Source: an uncultured delta proteobacterium (GTDB lineage Bacteria; Desulfobacterota; Binatia; DP-6). From it: 64,000 bases of DNA. The stretch's first letter is position 1, and each line of letters opens with the position of its first letter. Under the pieces are notes generated by a model. That model did no database searches. It saw nothing but the letters and a program-made list of their open reading frames with translations, and was not told the DNA's origin. The translations under genes and the position numbers were made by a program. Shown one piece after another: positions 9,750-20,585 of this stretch. The stretch covers positions 416,001 through 480,000 of the forward strand of contig CAWFFN010000012.1 in the NCBI GenBank assembly GCA_963815115.1, read 5' to 3'.

Positions 9750-10967
9750 TCAGCTCCCGCTGCGCGACGCTTGCGTGGCGCGCGCCTGGTTTTCCTTCTC
9801 GATGACGAGGGCGAAGTCGTAGTACGGACGTTCGAGCGCGCCCTGGATCCGCCGTCCGTTGATGAAGATGGTGGGTGTCGACTCGATGCCGAGGCGTGCG
9901 CCCGCACTGACGTCCTCGGCGATGCGGGCCATCGTCGCGGGGTCGTCGAGGCAGGACCGAAACTCGGGAATGTCGAGGTCGAGGTCGCGCGCGTAGCGGA
10001 AGAGGCTCTCGCGGTCGAGCGCCCTCTGATGCTCGAAGAGCAGGTCGTGGTACTCCCAGAACCGATCTTGCCGGCCGGCACACTCCGCTGCCGCGGCGGC
10101 CAGGCAGGCGTCGGGGTGGAGCTGCTGCTGCAACTCGCTGTTGCAGCGGCTGTCGAGCGGAAAGTGACGGAACACGAGCTTCACGTCCGGGCGCGAGCGC
10201 ACGAGGCTGCGCAGGTCGCCGAAGGCGTGGCCGCACGCCGGACACTCGAAGTCGGAGAACTCGACGATGGTGAAGGGGGCGTCGGCGGAGCCCTTGACGT
10301 GCGTGCCGGGGCCGACGACGTCGGCGGCGGGTAGCACCGGGAGCTTGCGATACGACTCGTAGAACTTGGGATCGGCGGCCTGCACCTCGGCCGCCGACGC
10401 CGCGCCGGGTGGCCGCCGTACGGCCTCGACGGTGCCGCCCGCGACGGCGAGGAGCAGGCCGACCGCAGCGGCCGCGTAAGCTGCCGATTGGCGCTGGAGG
10501 AGCGGCGCGCGCGCGGAGAGCTGGAAGCGTCGTGCCAGGGGCGCGACGGCGACGAACCAGGCCACGATGACGACGTCCAGCGTGAGGCAGAGAAGGCAGG
10601 CGGTGCGGAGCACGAACCACGACACGAAGGCCAGCACCAGGGCGAAGCCGAGGCTCCCCGAGGCCAGCCCGAGGAGCGCGAGGTCGGTGAGCCCCACGGT
10701 GGTGGCGCCCATCGCGCCCGGCAGCGCGAGCAGGGCGCCCAGCGTGAAGACGCCCAGCGCCCAGAGCGAGACCGGGAGTCCGAGAAAGGTGCCCCACTTG
10801 CTCGACAGCACCGTGTCGCAGTTGACGACGCTGCCGAGGTTGCAGAAGCTCGTGTAGCCGTCGACCGACACGAGCTGGCTCGTGACGTGGAAGGTCAGCG
10901 CGCTCACCGCCACCCCGACCAGCGCGAGGACGACGGCGACGCGATGTCGGGCGGGGCTCGGAAGCAT
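9750..10967 (-). CDS. Vitamin K epoxide reductase (VKOR) domain fused to a DsbA/thioredoxin domain
   Basis: CNLGSVVNC loop, CLLC in TM region, FSDFECPAC, STPTIFING. Confidence 0.9.
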   Translation of the reverse strand: MLPSPARHRVAVVLALVGVAVSALTFHVTSQLVSVDGYTSFCNLGSVVNCDTVLSSKWGTFLGLPVSLWALGVFTLGALLALPGAMGATTVGLTDLALLGLASGSLGFALVLAFVSWFVLRTACLLCLTLDVVIVAWFVAVAPLARRFQLSARAPLLQRQSAAYAAAAVGLLLAVAGGTVEAVRRPPGAASAAEVQAADPKFYESYRKLPVLPAADVVGPGTHVKGSADAPFTIVEFSDFECPACGHAFGDLRSLVRSRPDVKLVFRHFPLDSRCNSELQQQLHPDACLAAAAAECAGRQDRFWEYHDLLFEHQRALDRESLFRYARDLDLDIPEFRSCLDDPATMARIAEDVSAGARLGIESTPTIFINGRRIQGALERPYYDFALVIEKENQARATQASRSGS

Positions 10968-11013
10968 CGGGCCGAGGGCCGGAGTCTATCCGGGCCCCCG
11001 GCCGCTTTCAACG

Positions 11014-12936
11014 TCAGAACTGGTACGTGAGGCGGAGCGAGGTCTCGGTGCGGCCGGCGTTTATGCCGGCGACGCCGAAGGTCTCGAAGATGGGCGTGCT
11101 GGTCCCGCGTGGCGTGATGAAGTAGCGCTGTGCGAGGTTCACCACGAAGTCGTCGCGCACCACGTAGTCGAACGACCAGAAGGCTTCCATGTTCCACTGG
11201 TTCACCGGATCGACCGCCATGCCGAGCGTCGGCACCATGCTGCCGCCGCGGTAGAACGAGAAGGCCGCCAGGGTGAAGAGCGTTTCCCAGCCGCGGATCT
11301 TGTCACGGAAGGAGACGCGCGACCCGCGGACACTCGACGGCAGGTCGAGGCCGCCGACCAGACACTCGCCCTGCGCGGCGCGAACCGAGGGCGTGAGGTT
11401 GGCGACCTCCTGTGCGCGGCAGTGTGGATTGTCGAGCAGATTGTGCCAGAAGAACTGCCCGGTGAGGAACCAGGTGCTCTTCTTGTTGAGCCACTTGATC
11501 CACGTCGGACGGTCGAATGCGAGCATGCCCTTCCACATGTTCTTCTTGGTGACGCCGGGGAGCGCCGGCGTGTCGATCACCCCCACCTTCGAGACGTCGA
11601 AGAACGGCACGCCGTTGTCGAAGATGCTCTCGAAGCGGAACACGGTCTGGGTGAAGGTCTCGTCCGAGTAGTTGGCCGAGACGCCGACGGTGTGCACGTA
11701 CGGAAAGTAGGCCTCGGCCGGGAACGTGCCGTTCTGGAAGAGCTTGGTCGAGTTCGCGACGATCTTCGCGTTCTTCTTCGGATGCAGCGGGTCTTGCAGC
11801 AGCACCCGCAGCGGGGCGGAGTTCGTGCCGTCGTTGGCACCGTCCCAGCGCTGGTAGAAGTAGTTGAGCGTGAACTCGAGCCCGAACGGCGTGATGCCGT
11901 GGTAGCGCACGCCCACCTGGCTGTTGTCGAAGGCATTGCGGCTGTAGTTCCCCTGCTCGAAGAGCTTCGTGCCATGGAGCAGGCGCACGCACATCGGCTG
12001 GCCGGCGCGAGGGCCCGACGTCGCCTTGAACGGCGACAGGGCGGCGCACGGGCCGTCGAAGAAGCCGCCGTCCACCGGGTTGGTGAGGGGGTTGTAGAAA
12101 GGGAGTCCCCAGGGGCGCGGGAGATAGGTCTCCTTCGCGGGCGACCAGTCGCCCGGGTTCCAGTACCACTCGAGGAAGCTCTGCGAGAACTTCCACACGT
12201 TGCCCAGGTCGTAGAGGAACTTGATCATCCAGTACGGCCGCCGGAGCTCGTCCCACCCGAACGCGGGCGCCGGGATCTCCTGCTGCAAGTGCCAGGTGAG
12301 GTTGAGGGAGTTGATGCGGTCGAGCATCCGGAAGTTGTCGGTCTCGCCCCACACCACCTGCTGGCGGCCGCCGCGGATGCTGAGCGGGATGCCGCGGAAC
12401 TTGATGTCGGCGTAGAACTCGCGCAGCTCGTTCTCGAACCGGAGCGTGTCGAGCGCCTCGGTGCCGAGCGACTGGAGGTTCAGGTTCGGGATGGTGAGCT
12501 TGTGGTTCGGGTTGCCCGTCTTCCGCGGCGGGATGCCGATCTGGGTGGCGTAGTCGAAGTAGTTCAGGCCCTGGTAGTTCCTGCCGTGGATGTCCGTCTT
12601 CTGGAGGAAGCCGGGCGTGGTGGAGTAGATGCTGTCGTAGACGCCGCGCCAGAGCAGCGTGGCGGACGACTTCTCGATGAACGGGATGTCGTACTTGGTG
12701 ATGAACTTGCCGCCCTCGATCCAGTCGTAGTCGAGGCGGATGTGCGTCGTGTTGCGGTTCTGGACGTACTCCCAGGTGGAGGCATCGGGCGTGCGGAACA
12801 GGTTCTGCGACTGCGCGTTGCCCGAGATCTGCAACGGCCCGAACCGGAGCGTGGCGCCGGCGTGTCGTGGCGACACGACCAGCCCGCTGGCGACGAACCC
12901 GGCGAGGACGATCAACCACAGGCGGCGGTACGTCAT
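11014..12936 (-). CDS. DUF1302-like outer-membrane beta-barrel protein
   Basis: Signal peptide after a GGAGGGGG RBS; LREFYAD..LSIRGGRQQVVWGETD motif; C-terminal LRLTYQF. Confidence 0.75.
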   Translation of the reverse strand: MTYRRLWLIVLAGFVASGLVVSPRHAGATLRFGPLQISGNAQSQNLFRTPDASTWEYVQNRNTTHIRLDYDWIEGGKFITKYDIPFIEKSSATLLWRGVYDSIYSTTPGFLQKTDIHGRNYQGLNYFDYATQIGIPPRKTGNPNHKLTIPNLNLQSLGTEALDTLRFENELREFYADIKFRGIPLSIRGGRQQVVWGETDNFRMLDRINSLNLTWHLQQEIPAPAFGWDELRRPYWMIKFLYDLGNVWKFSQSFLEWYWNPGDWSPAKETYLPRPWGLPFYNPLTNPVDGGFFDGPCAALSPFKATSGPRAGQPMCVRLLHGTKLFEQGNYSRNAFDNSQVGVRYHGITPFGLEFTLNYFYQRWDGANDGTNSAPLRVLLQDPLHPKKNAKIVANSTKLFQNGTFPAEAYFPYVHTVGVSANYSDETFTQTVFRFESIFDNGVPFFDVSKVGVIDTPALPGVTKKNMWKGMLAFDRPTWIKWLNKKSTWFLTGQFFWHNLLDNPHCRAQEVANLTPSVRAAQGECLVGGLDLPSSVRGSRVSFRDKIRGWETLFTLAAFSFYRGGSMVPTLGMAVDPVNQWNMEAFWSFDYVVRDDFVVNLAQRYFITPRGTSTPIFETFGVAGINAGRTETSLRLTYQF

Positions 12937-13072
12937 GCCCCCCCCTCCTTCTTCTGCAACGCGCAATACTGTGGTGAAGCCGCGCCTTTGCTAGCGCAGA
13001 AGCCCACCCGATTGCAATGCACGGAGGGTGACGTTCGGCACGGGCGGCCCCGGATCGGCGGCCAGAACGACA

Positions 13073-13104
13073 ACGGCGGGACCCGGTTGCCCGGGCCCCG
13101 CCGT
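13073..13104 (-). terminator. Probable terminator hairpin downstream of the Cys-rich protein gene
   Basis: ACGGCGGG-a-CCCGG-ttgc-CCGGG-c-CCCGCCGT, followed on the minus strand by a weak T-rich run. Confidence 0.5.
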
Positions 13105-13134
13105 GATTCGGTCAGGAGCGAGTGTCGGTGGTGG

Positions 13135-14678
13135 CTACTGGTTGCTGACCACCGCGGTCGCCGGCAGGAGGAGCGCTCCCGGGCCGGGGAGACCGCTCAC
13201 CTGGTTGATGAGCCCGGAGTCGGTGTGGGCGATGCAGAAGGTGCCTGCGAAGGTACCCTGGGCTCCACCGGGTATCACGGGCTTGCCCGTACGGGAGATC
13301 GTCCCGCCGCCCTTGGTCGGGAAGCAGGGAAGGGTGGTGTTGTTGGAGCAACAGAGCTGGGAGATGCCGCCCTTGGCGTCGATGCAGTTGCCCTCGGCGT
13401 CATGCGTGGTGCAGGCCCCGCCGGTGCAGCCCGCGTTGCAGGTGCCGGCTCCGCAGTTGTCGTCCTGGGTCTGCGGACCTGAGCTATCGCCGCATGGCAG
13501 CGGGCCCGTGATGACCTTGGCGGTGCCCGTGGTGAGGGGCAGCTCGATGTCGAGGGAGGTCGGTGCCGCGTCGCCCAGAGGTGAGCACGCGCTCGACAGC
13601 AGGTAGAGGCCCTGGCCGGCGACCACCACCTTGCCGTCCACACGGCAGTCGGCGCCCGGGGTCTTGGACGTGTTCGAGCACTTGCCGACGCTCCCGATGT
13701 CGCCGCCCCCGCCCGGGATCTGGCAACGCGGGCAGACCTCGTTGAACGTCGTCCGGAGGTAGACGTCGGAGAACAGGGACACCAGGTTGCCGTTCGGGAG
13801 ATTCTCGCCCGACTGACCGGTCTGGAGGTTGAAGTTGCCGCTCAGGACTTCGTTGGGCATGAAGCGGTTGACGACGCAGACCGGCGTCCCGACGGTCAGC
13901 AGCGGAAGCGGAGCCCCGAAGGTGGCCCCGTTGAGCGATCCGGCGCCCGTCGAGCCGGTCCCGGTGCACTCGAAGGTGCTGGTGCCGTCGCATCCGTCGA
14001 GGCAGTAGCGAAGCTGTGAGCCGTTGATGATCGGGAAGTTGTGCGAGGTGCCGGTCCAGCCGTTGTCGAGGTCGCTGCCCGTCGGGGGCACCGTGAAGGT
14101 GATCTGCGACGGCAGCCCGCCACGAGACGGACACGCCACCCCGCCCGCCTGGGCAGCCACGCACTGCACGCGGAGCTTGTTCACGAAGCCCTTGTCCTTC
14201 ATGACGAGCACGACGGGCTTCGACGGCTTGAACTTCTTGAACGCCTTGTTCACGTTCTTCGGTATCCGCTTGAGGGCGAGGCTCATGGTGCCGGCGATGC
14301 CGCAGCCCGGAGGCGACACGGGCGGCGCGTGGAAGGCGCTCCCGAGGAGGTTCTTCTTCGAGATGGGCGCGTTGAACGTGAGCGCCGTGAGCGGCGACGG
14401 CGTGCAGCCTTCGGGACCCTGGCCCACGCACACGTTCAGGTTGATGATGCAGATGCCGTTCGGCAGGCCGTCGGCATCGCAGGTGGGATCGCCGTCGGTA
14501 CAGGATGAGCGTGGACGGCTTGGCGGTCGTGGTGATGGTGGCTGCGGCGGGACCGGTGTCCCACACGGCGGAGCAGCTGTTCTTCTTGCCTGGTCACGAG
14601 CACTGCGTGGGCCGGCGACAGGAGTCCGGCGGTGATCGCGATCGTCGCCGCCAGCGAGGTCAGAGGAGAGAGTCTCAT
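13135..14678 (-). pseudogene. Cys-rich secreted protein, interrupted by two frameshifts near 14591 and 14503 (real lesions or sequence errors)
   Basis: AGGAGG RBS and signal peptide MRLSPLTS..AHA in one frame, GKKNSCSAVWDTG in a second, CTDGDPTCDADG..NVC in a third that continues into the 432-aa ORF. Confidence 0.75.
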
Positions 14679-14893
14679 ACGGGTCCTCCTACGTCGGCAC
14701 GCCCCCGCGCGCCGGAAGGCTTGGTCAATGGGTTTCGATCGCGTCTGTGCTGAAGAGAGAAACACGCGGAGCTGAATTTTGGGTTACCGGTATCTCGCGA
14801 GGGCGTCAACATAGACGTATGCGATGTGGCACCTGCGTGGTCCGTTTTCTCGAGTGAACGGGTTGGCGCACCGCGGCAGGGCGGTGCCGAACG

Positions 14894-15775
14894 TCACGAC
14901 TTCCCGCCGAGCGCCTGATCGATCGCCTGCTTGAACGCGTTGGCGTCCTGCGTGTTCTGCACCCGCCGTCCGTTCACGAAGAAGGTCGGCGTCCCGTTGA
15001 CGCCCACCGCGGCCGCCTCCGCCTGGTCGGCTTTCACCGCGTCGAGCGTCTTGTGCTCCGCCAGGCACTCCTTGAGCTTCGGGACGTCGAGACCGGCCGC
15101 CGTGGCGATCTCCTCGACCTTGGCGGGCAGGTTCTCCTTGCTGAGCTCGCCCTGCTTCGCGAAGAGCCCGTTGTAGAGCTTCCAGAACTGCTCGTTGCCC
15201 TGCTGGAGCGCGCACATCGACGCCACCGCCGCGTCCTCGGAGAAGGGGTGGATCTGGGTGAGCGGCATCTGCTTGAAGACGAAGCGCACCTTGTCGCCGT
15301 ACTGGGGATAGACCTGCTTCTCGAAGATCTCCCAGGCCTGGGCGCAGTAGGGACACTCGAAGTCCGAGAACTCGACGACCGTCACCTTGGCGTCGGCAGG
15401 ACCGCGTGACGGCGCGCCGTCGAGCTTGATCTTCTGCATGACGGCCTGGAATGGATCGACGGTGAGGTCGATGGCGTCGCTGCGGAAGAGGTAGCGCCCG
15501 TCGTTGGAGATGTAGAAGGGCACGTCCTGCTTCTGCTCCCCGAGCGCAGCCTCCAGATGTCCCTTGCGCCATCCGGCGATCTCGGCAGGCTCGATCTTGG
15601 TGACCTTGAAGGTCACCCCCGGGGTGCTCACCGCCTTGCCGAAGTAGTCGACGACCCGTGTCGAGATGGTCTCGTCGCTGGCGGCCGGCCCACCGCCGCC
15701 GGTCCCTCCACCGCACCCGATCGTCAGAGACAGCAGCAGCACGGCGACCGGGACGGCCCGGTGGTAGAAAAGCAT
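14894..15775 (-). CDS. DsbA-family thiol-disulfide oxidoreductase, probable lipoprotein
   Basis: LTIGC lipobox-like; EFSDFECPYC; GTPTFFVNG. Confidence 0.9.
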   Translation of the reverse strand: MLFYHRAVPVAVLLLSLTIGCGGGTGGGGPAASDETISTRVVDYFGKAVSTPGVTFKVTKIEPAEIAGWRKGHLEAALGEQKQDVPFYISNDGRYLFRSDAIDLTVDPFQAVMQKIKLDGAPSRGPADAKVTVVEFSDFECPYCAQAWEIFEKQVYPQYGDKVRFVFKQMPLTQIHPFSEDAAVASMCALQQGNEQFWKLYNGLFAKQGELSKENLPAKVEEIATAAGLDVPKLKECLAEHKTLDAVKADQAEAAAVGVNGTPTFFVNGRRVQNTQDANAFKQAIDQALGGKS

Positions 15776-15807
15776 CGCCGGCTTCTAGTGCCTGCCAGCC
15801 GTGCCAG

Positions 15808-17589
15808 TCAAGGTCGTTCCAGTCCCGCGGCCACGCGGCGTCCCTCGGTCGCCATCCCGTAGTCCGGGCGGAGCTGGAGCGCGGCCTCGAAGTCGGCGCG
15901 GGCTGCCGGCGCTCCACCCCGGCCGAACAGGCTCAAAAGCGCGCGGCCGCGTTGATAGTGGGAGGTCGCCGCCTCGGCATCGGGACGCAGCGGCGCGACG
16001 GCACGCTCGAGAAGCGTCGCCAGCCCGCTCGTGACGATCGCCGGGAGCGGCCCCGTGGCGCCGACGGGAGGGCCGGCTGGCTTGCCGTCGGCCAGGAGCA
16101 CGACGGCGCCTCCGTCCAGGTACGCCACGCGCCAGCCCGGCAGGCGCGCGATCGCGGTCGCGAGCTCGAGCCGCCCGGGTGAGGGGTGGTGCAGCAGGAC
16201 CGCGGTGACGTTCCAGCGAGCCGCCACGTCGGCGAAGGCTGCGGGATCGTCGAGCACGCGCTGGTACTCGGCCCAGATCGCAGGCGGGTAGACCTGGAGG
16301 CGGCCGTCCACGAAGACCTGCCGCCGCGGGAAGGCGTGCCAGAGGATGAGGCCGCCCTGGCCGTCGTCGTTGAGGACGCGGGCTCCGGGCGCCTCGCGCT
16401 CCAGGAAGTCCACGGCGCCGGTGGGAAAGAGGAGGAGCGACTCGCCGAGGCCGAAGGCCCGGGTCAGGCGCCCGTCCTGATAGTAGCCGCCGGTGACCAC
16501 GCGCGCCGTCGCATACAGAAAGACGAGGGCCAGCCCGACGGTCAGCGCCGGCCACAGGCCGCGGCGGGAGCCGAGCCAGGCATCCATCGTCGCGACCGCG
16601 GGCCCGAGCCCGCTCGCCACCAGCGGCAGCACCCCGAACCCGAGGAGCGCGACGTTGCGCCGCGCCATCAGCGCGAGCGCGACGAATGCCACCGCCTGTG
16701 CGACGTACGCGAGCCGCCAGCGGCGCAGGGACGTGACGGCCGCGAGCAGGGTGAGGCCCAGCAGCGCGACGAGCCCGCGTGCGGCGGCGGGCGAGAGCTC
16801 GGCCAGCGTGGTGGCGCGGTGCTCGATGATGGTGAACGACAGCACGTCCGTGCCCTGGATGAGGGTCAGGAGCCAGAGCGGATACGCGGCGCCTGCCAGC
16901 CCGAAGGGAGTGACCGCACCCGCCAGCGCCACCCCGGCGGTGGCGACGGCGAGGCGGCGCGTCTCCTCCGGCGACCGGCCGCTGGCCGTGCGCCAGGCCT
17001 CCGGCATCGGGAGCCAGCGCGCGGCGAGTGCGCCACCCAGCTCGGCGCCCAGGGGGACGAGCGCGAGGACCGAGAGGGCGTGCACGTTCGCCCAGACGAT
17101 CTGGATCAGCACGAGCGTCACGACCGTGCCCCAGCCGATGGCGCCGTCGAGCAGGAGAAGCTCGAGCGCGAGAAAGCAGAGCGTCGCCGCTTCGGGACGG
17201 ACTGTGAAGCGTTCGACGGCGGCCTCCGCGGCGATGAACAGGAGCCCGGCGGCAGCCCACGCCGGCAGCCGGCGCCGGGCGAGGCGATAGGCGCAGGCGA
17301 ACGCGGCGATGAACAGAGCGCCGACGCCGAGTGCGGTGCCCTGGGGGCCCCCGACGCGCCACAGTCCGTACAGCCCGAGATCGAAGAGCCACTGCCGGTT
17401 GATCCACGGCGAGCCCGCGGCGGTGTACGAGAACGGATCGGTACGTGGCACCGCGCCCTTCGCGGCGATGAGGCGGCCGGTGGCGAGGTGCCACCAGGTG
17501 TCGGAGTCGTCCAGCCGATGCACCTGCAGCACCGCGACGAAGAGCAGCGCGGCGATCGCGACCGCGCGATCGAGCCAGGAGCGCGTCAC
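15808..17589 (-). CDS. Multi-pass membrane protein, possibly GT-C-like, with C-terminal TPR
   Basis: DSDTWWHLATG..DPFSYT..W..QWL first loop, many TM segments, VFVDGRL, terminal TPR-like ARADFEAALQLRP. Confidence 0.7.
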   Translation of the reverse strand: MTRSWLDRAVAIAALLFVAVLQVHRLDDSDTWWHLATGRLIAAKGAVPRTDPFSYTAAGSPWINRQWLFDLGLYGLWRVGGPQGTALGVGALFIAAFACAYRLARRRLPAWAAAGLLFIAAEAAVERFTVRPEAATLCFLALELLLLDGAIGWGTVVTLVLIQIVWANVHALSVLALVPLGAELGGALAARWLPMPEAWRTASGRSPEETRRLAVATAGVALAGAVTPFGLAGAAYPLWLLTLIQGTDVLSFTIIEHRATTLAELSPAAARGLVALLGLTLLAAVTSLRRWRLAYVAQAVAFVALALMARRNVALLGFGVLPLVASGLGPAVATMDAWLGSRRGLWPALTVGLALVFLYATARVVTGGYYQDGRLTRAFGLGESLLLFPTGAVDFLEREAPGARVLNDDGQGGLILWHAFPRRQVFVDGRLQVYPPAIWAEYQRVLDDPAAFADVAARWNVTAVLLHHPSPGRLELATAIARLPGWRVAYLDGGAVVLLADGKPAGPPVGATGPLPAIVTSGLATLLERAVAPLRPDAEAATSHYQRGRALLSLFGRGGAPAARADFEAALQLRPDYGMATEGRRVAAGLERP

Positions 17590-17669
17590 GCGCGGGACAT
17601 AGCAGAGTCGGTGCGGCGTGCCATTGCGCGCTTGACGAGCCCGCGACGCCCCCGCTAACGACCGCAGAC

Positions 17670-18389
17670 ATGCGATGGCTGCTGGTTCGCGTCCTGCTCG
17701 CGGGCGCTCTTCTTCCAGCGACCGTACCGGCGGCGGATCAGTCTGCCCCGCCGCAGCAGACGACGCAGGTCGCAGGGACCGTGCCCGACCTCGTCGGCCG
17801 CTGGCTCGTGGTGGCCCGGATCGAGATTCCCACGCGGACCGATCTCGGGTCCACCATCGCCTCGCTGTGGGACGTGTCCGCGCCCGGAGGAACCCTGGCG
17901 TTGACGGTGCCCCAGGTGGAGCTGCCTCCGGCGCTCAAGACGGAGCTCGCGCAGGCGAACGCGCAGCATGCGCGCTGGGAGCCGACGGCGCGCGAGCTCC
18001 AGGATTTGCGCGACGGCTGGGCCACGCTCTCTCCGCTCGATCGTGATGTCGGGCAGATCGAGACCAAGATCAGCGGCAGCGACGCCTTCGACGCCACCGC
18101 GAAGGGCGAGGCGCGCATGAAGGACGCGCGCTTCATCGTGCAGCAGACCGCCGACTTCCGGCCCGGCGGCGGCCGGCCGATCAAGGACGTCTATCTCTAC
18201 GGTGCGCTCGAGCAGCAGCCGGACGGCTGGAGCGGCAACTACATGAGCGCGTCGGTCGCCCCCACGCCCATCCCCATCCCCATCACACTGAACGGGACGT
18301 TCCGCCTCTACCGGCTCGATTCGGTGCCGGCACGCGGGTTCCTCGATCGGCTTCTCGGCATGTTCTCCGGCTGTGGCCGACGTTCCTAG
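17670..18389 (+). CDS. Secreted hypothetical protein
   Basis: N-terminal signal peptide; protein-like composition; fills the gap between neighbours. Confidence 0.7.
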   Translation: MRWLLVRVLLAGALLPATVPAADQSAPPQQTTQVAGTVPDLVGRWLVVARIEIPTRTDLGSTIASLWDVSAPGGTLALTVPQVELPPALKTELAQANAQHARWEPTARELQDLRDGWATLSPLDRDVGQIETKISGSDAFDATAKGEARMKDARFIVQQTADFRPGGGRPIKDVYLYGALEQQPDGWSGNYMSASVAPTPIPIPITLNGTFRLYRLDSVPARGFLDRLLGMFSGCGRRS

Positions 18390-20503
18390 GACTGCGGCGC
18401 CCGCCCTTCCCCGGCGTCGTGCTCGCGCTGGAGCTTCTCGACCCACGGCCAGCCGATCCGGTACAGCTCCATGGCCACGCCGCGGTGGAACGGCGCGGCG
18501 ACGAAGTGGGCCATGGCGAGCTGCGGGGGGATGGCGGCCACCAGCTCGACCTGGAAATCCTTCCGCAGGGAGGCCAGCATCTCCTCTTTGCCGGGCTCGT
18601 TCGCGGGAATGTAGAGATAGGGCCGCCAGCGGTCCAGGATCAGCCGCGCCGCGGTCCTCGGCAGGTCGAAGCGCCAGCGGGCCAGGTCCGTCAGGTACAT
18701 CGCGTGCGCCACGCCGCTGTAGAACTCGATGTTCTCGGCGGGGCGCCCGACGTCCTCGGTGGTGATGACGACCGCGCCGGGCTGGAGGAGCTTCTGCATG
18801 TTGGCGCGCGCTTGCAGCATCTGCACGCGCTGGAACGGCGCGCGGTGACCGCTGTCCGCCTGCACCTGCTGGATCCTGCAGACCACCAGGGCGAGCATCA
18901 GGGCAGGTGCGGCCAGGAGGGCGACGCGGCGATTCGGTCGTAGCGCGGCGACCGCGAGAGCGACGCCGACTATGAGCGTGATGATGAGCAAGGTCGGCTG
19001 CGTGAGCGATGCGATCCCCGGAACCGCCGTGAACGTGGCCGCGCCCACGAAGAACGCCACCGAGGCGACGGCCGCCAGACCGCGCGCGAGCTGCGGCTCG
19101 TGTCGCTTCCAGAGCAGGCGCACGAGGTCGAGGGTGCCGATCGTGCCTTCCACCAGGAGCATGGGGAGGAAGACGAAGACCCCGATGAGGTAGCGAAAGT
19201 CCGCACGGGGCCAGCAGCCGAAGAAGAGGATGGCGACGACGGTGTACGAGACCGCGGCCGCGGCCAGCATCGGCCGCAGCACGGCGGCGACGATCGCACC
19301 CCAGACGACGACCCCGAGCAGGAACGGGCCGTAGGCCAGCCCGAGACTCTTCCAGATGCCCGGCAAGGTGGTGGGCAGATGCGCCAGCCGCAGCCCGCCG
19401 CCCTGCACCTGGTCGTAGGTTCCGCCGTGCCACCCGGGCGACGGGAAGCCGACCTTCGCGCCGGACTCGGGAGCCGGTGCTGCCGCCGCCGGCGGCTTCG
19501 CCACGGCGGGCGGCGTTGGTGGCGGTGGAGGGAGCGCCGGGAGGAGTGGCAGCTCCATGCCCTGCGTGGGGATCAGCGGATTCCCGGTCGCCGCCCAGTT
19601 GTAGCCCAGAAGCGGTGACATGCCGAGCATCAGGCCGAGGACGCCGGCGGCCGTCGACCGGGCGACGGCCGTCGTCGGAGAGGGCCCCGCTCGACGGTGG
19701 CGCTCGTGCAGCAAGCGCACGGCGATCATGAGCGATGCCGGCACCAGGTAGAGCACCGCATCGGGTCGGATGCTGGCGGCGAACCCGAGGGCGATCGCCG
19801 CGGCGAAGAGACGTCGGGGGGCGAGCGCGCGGCCGCGTGCCGGCAGGAGGAGAAGGAGGGCCGTGAAGGCGAAGACGTGTGCCGAGATGTCGCGCGTCAG
19901 CGTGAGACCCCAGAGGTACATGAGGGTCGGGAAGAGCGCGATGAGCACGGTGCCGGCCCCGGCCCGCCATGGCGACCGGAAGAGCCGCCACTGGAAGAGG
20001 AGGGCGATGGCGAGCAGGACGAGGTAGAGGGTCGGATTCAGGTAGTGCGCGCCGTAGTCGCCGAAGATTCCGATCCAGACGGCGAGCAGCATCGGGAAGC
20101 CCGGCGAGTAGCGGCAGTACAGTCGCCCGGCGTCGTCGACGTAGGTCTGGGCGAGGACATCGGTGCGGGCGGGCATGAACTGCTGGAGGGCGCGCAGCGG
20201 CGCCCAGTCGTGAAACACCCGGCCGGAGAGCAGGTCGTGGGCGAAGCTCAAGTAGCCGAACTGATCGACTGCCAGGTACCAGGTGATCTGTCGCTCGAGC
20301 GCGATCGCGGTGGCCGCGAAGAAGGCGAGGATGGAGACACCCCACACGATCCATCCCGCGAGGGCGAACGTGGCCGGGCGGATCCCGGGGGCGACGGCAG
20401 GCCGTGCTTTCGATCGCGGTTTCTGCTGTACCGTCGCGGCCGCCGCGCGCCCGCCGTTCGGCGACTGCGCGCGCGCTCGCGAGCGACCCGTCTTTCGCGA
20501 CAC
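18386..20503 (-). CDS. GT-C fold (ArnT/PMT-like) membrane glycosyltransferase
   Basis: DQFGY acidic loop, YSPGFP, many TM helices, IRPD, YNWAATGNP. Confidence 0.65.
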   Translation of the reverse strand: MSRKTGRSRARAQSPNGGRAAAATVQQKPRSKARPAVAPGIRPATFALAGWIVWGVSILAFFAATAIALERQITWYLAVDQFGYLSFAHDLLSGRVFHDWAPLRALQQFMPARTDVLAQTYVDDAGRLYCRYSPGFPMLLAVWIGIFGDYGAHYLNPTLYLVLLAIALLFQWRLFRSPWRAGAGTVLIALFPTLMYLWGLTLTRDISAHVFAFTALLLLLPARGRALAPRRLFAAAIALGFAASIRPDAVLYLVPASLMIAVRLLHERHRRAGPSPTTAVARSTAAGVLGLMLGMSPLLGYNWAATGNPLIPTQGMELPLLPALPPPPPTPPAVAKPPAAAAPAPESGAKVGFPSPGWHGGTYDQVQGGGLRLAHLPTTLPGIWKSLGLAYGPFLLGVVVWGAIVAAVLRPMLAAAAVSYTVVAILFFGCWPRADFRYLIGVFVFLPMLLVEGTIGTLDLVRLLWKRHEPQLARGLAAVASVAFFVGAATFTAVPGIASLTQPTLLIITLIVGVALAVAALRPNRRVALLAAPALMLALVVCRIQQVQADSGHRAPFQRVQMLQARANMQKLLQPGAVVITTEDVGRPAENIEFYSGVAHAMYLTDLARWRFDLPRTAARLILDRWRPYLYIPANEPGKEEMLASLRKDFQVELVAAIPPQLAMAHFVAAPFHRGVAMELYRIGWPWVEKLQREHDAGEGRAPQS

Positions 20504-20585
20504 GCCAATCCTATAGCCGGCGGCTCGGCGGAGAGGAAAGCAGTCGTTGTCGCACGACCCCGAGCGGTGCTAGGACCGAGGCGGG

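Noticed and set aside
14590-14600. TGA just before GKKNSC read as a Sec codon
   Set aside because: The signal peptide and RBS are in a different frame, so a frameshift explains it better.
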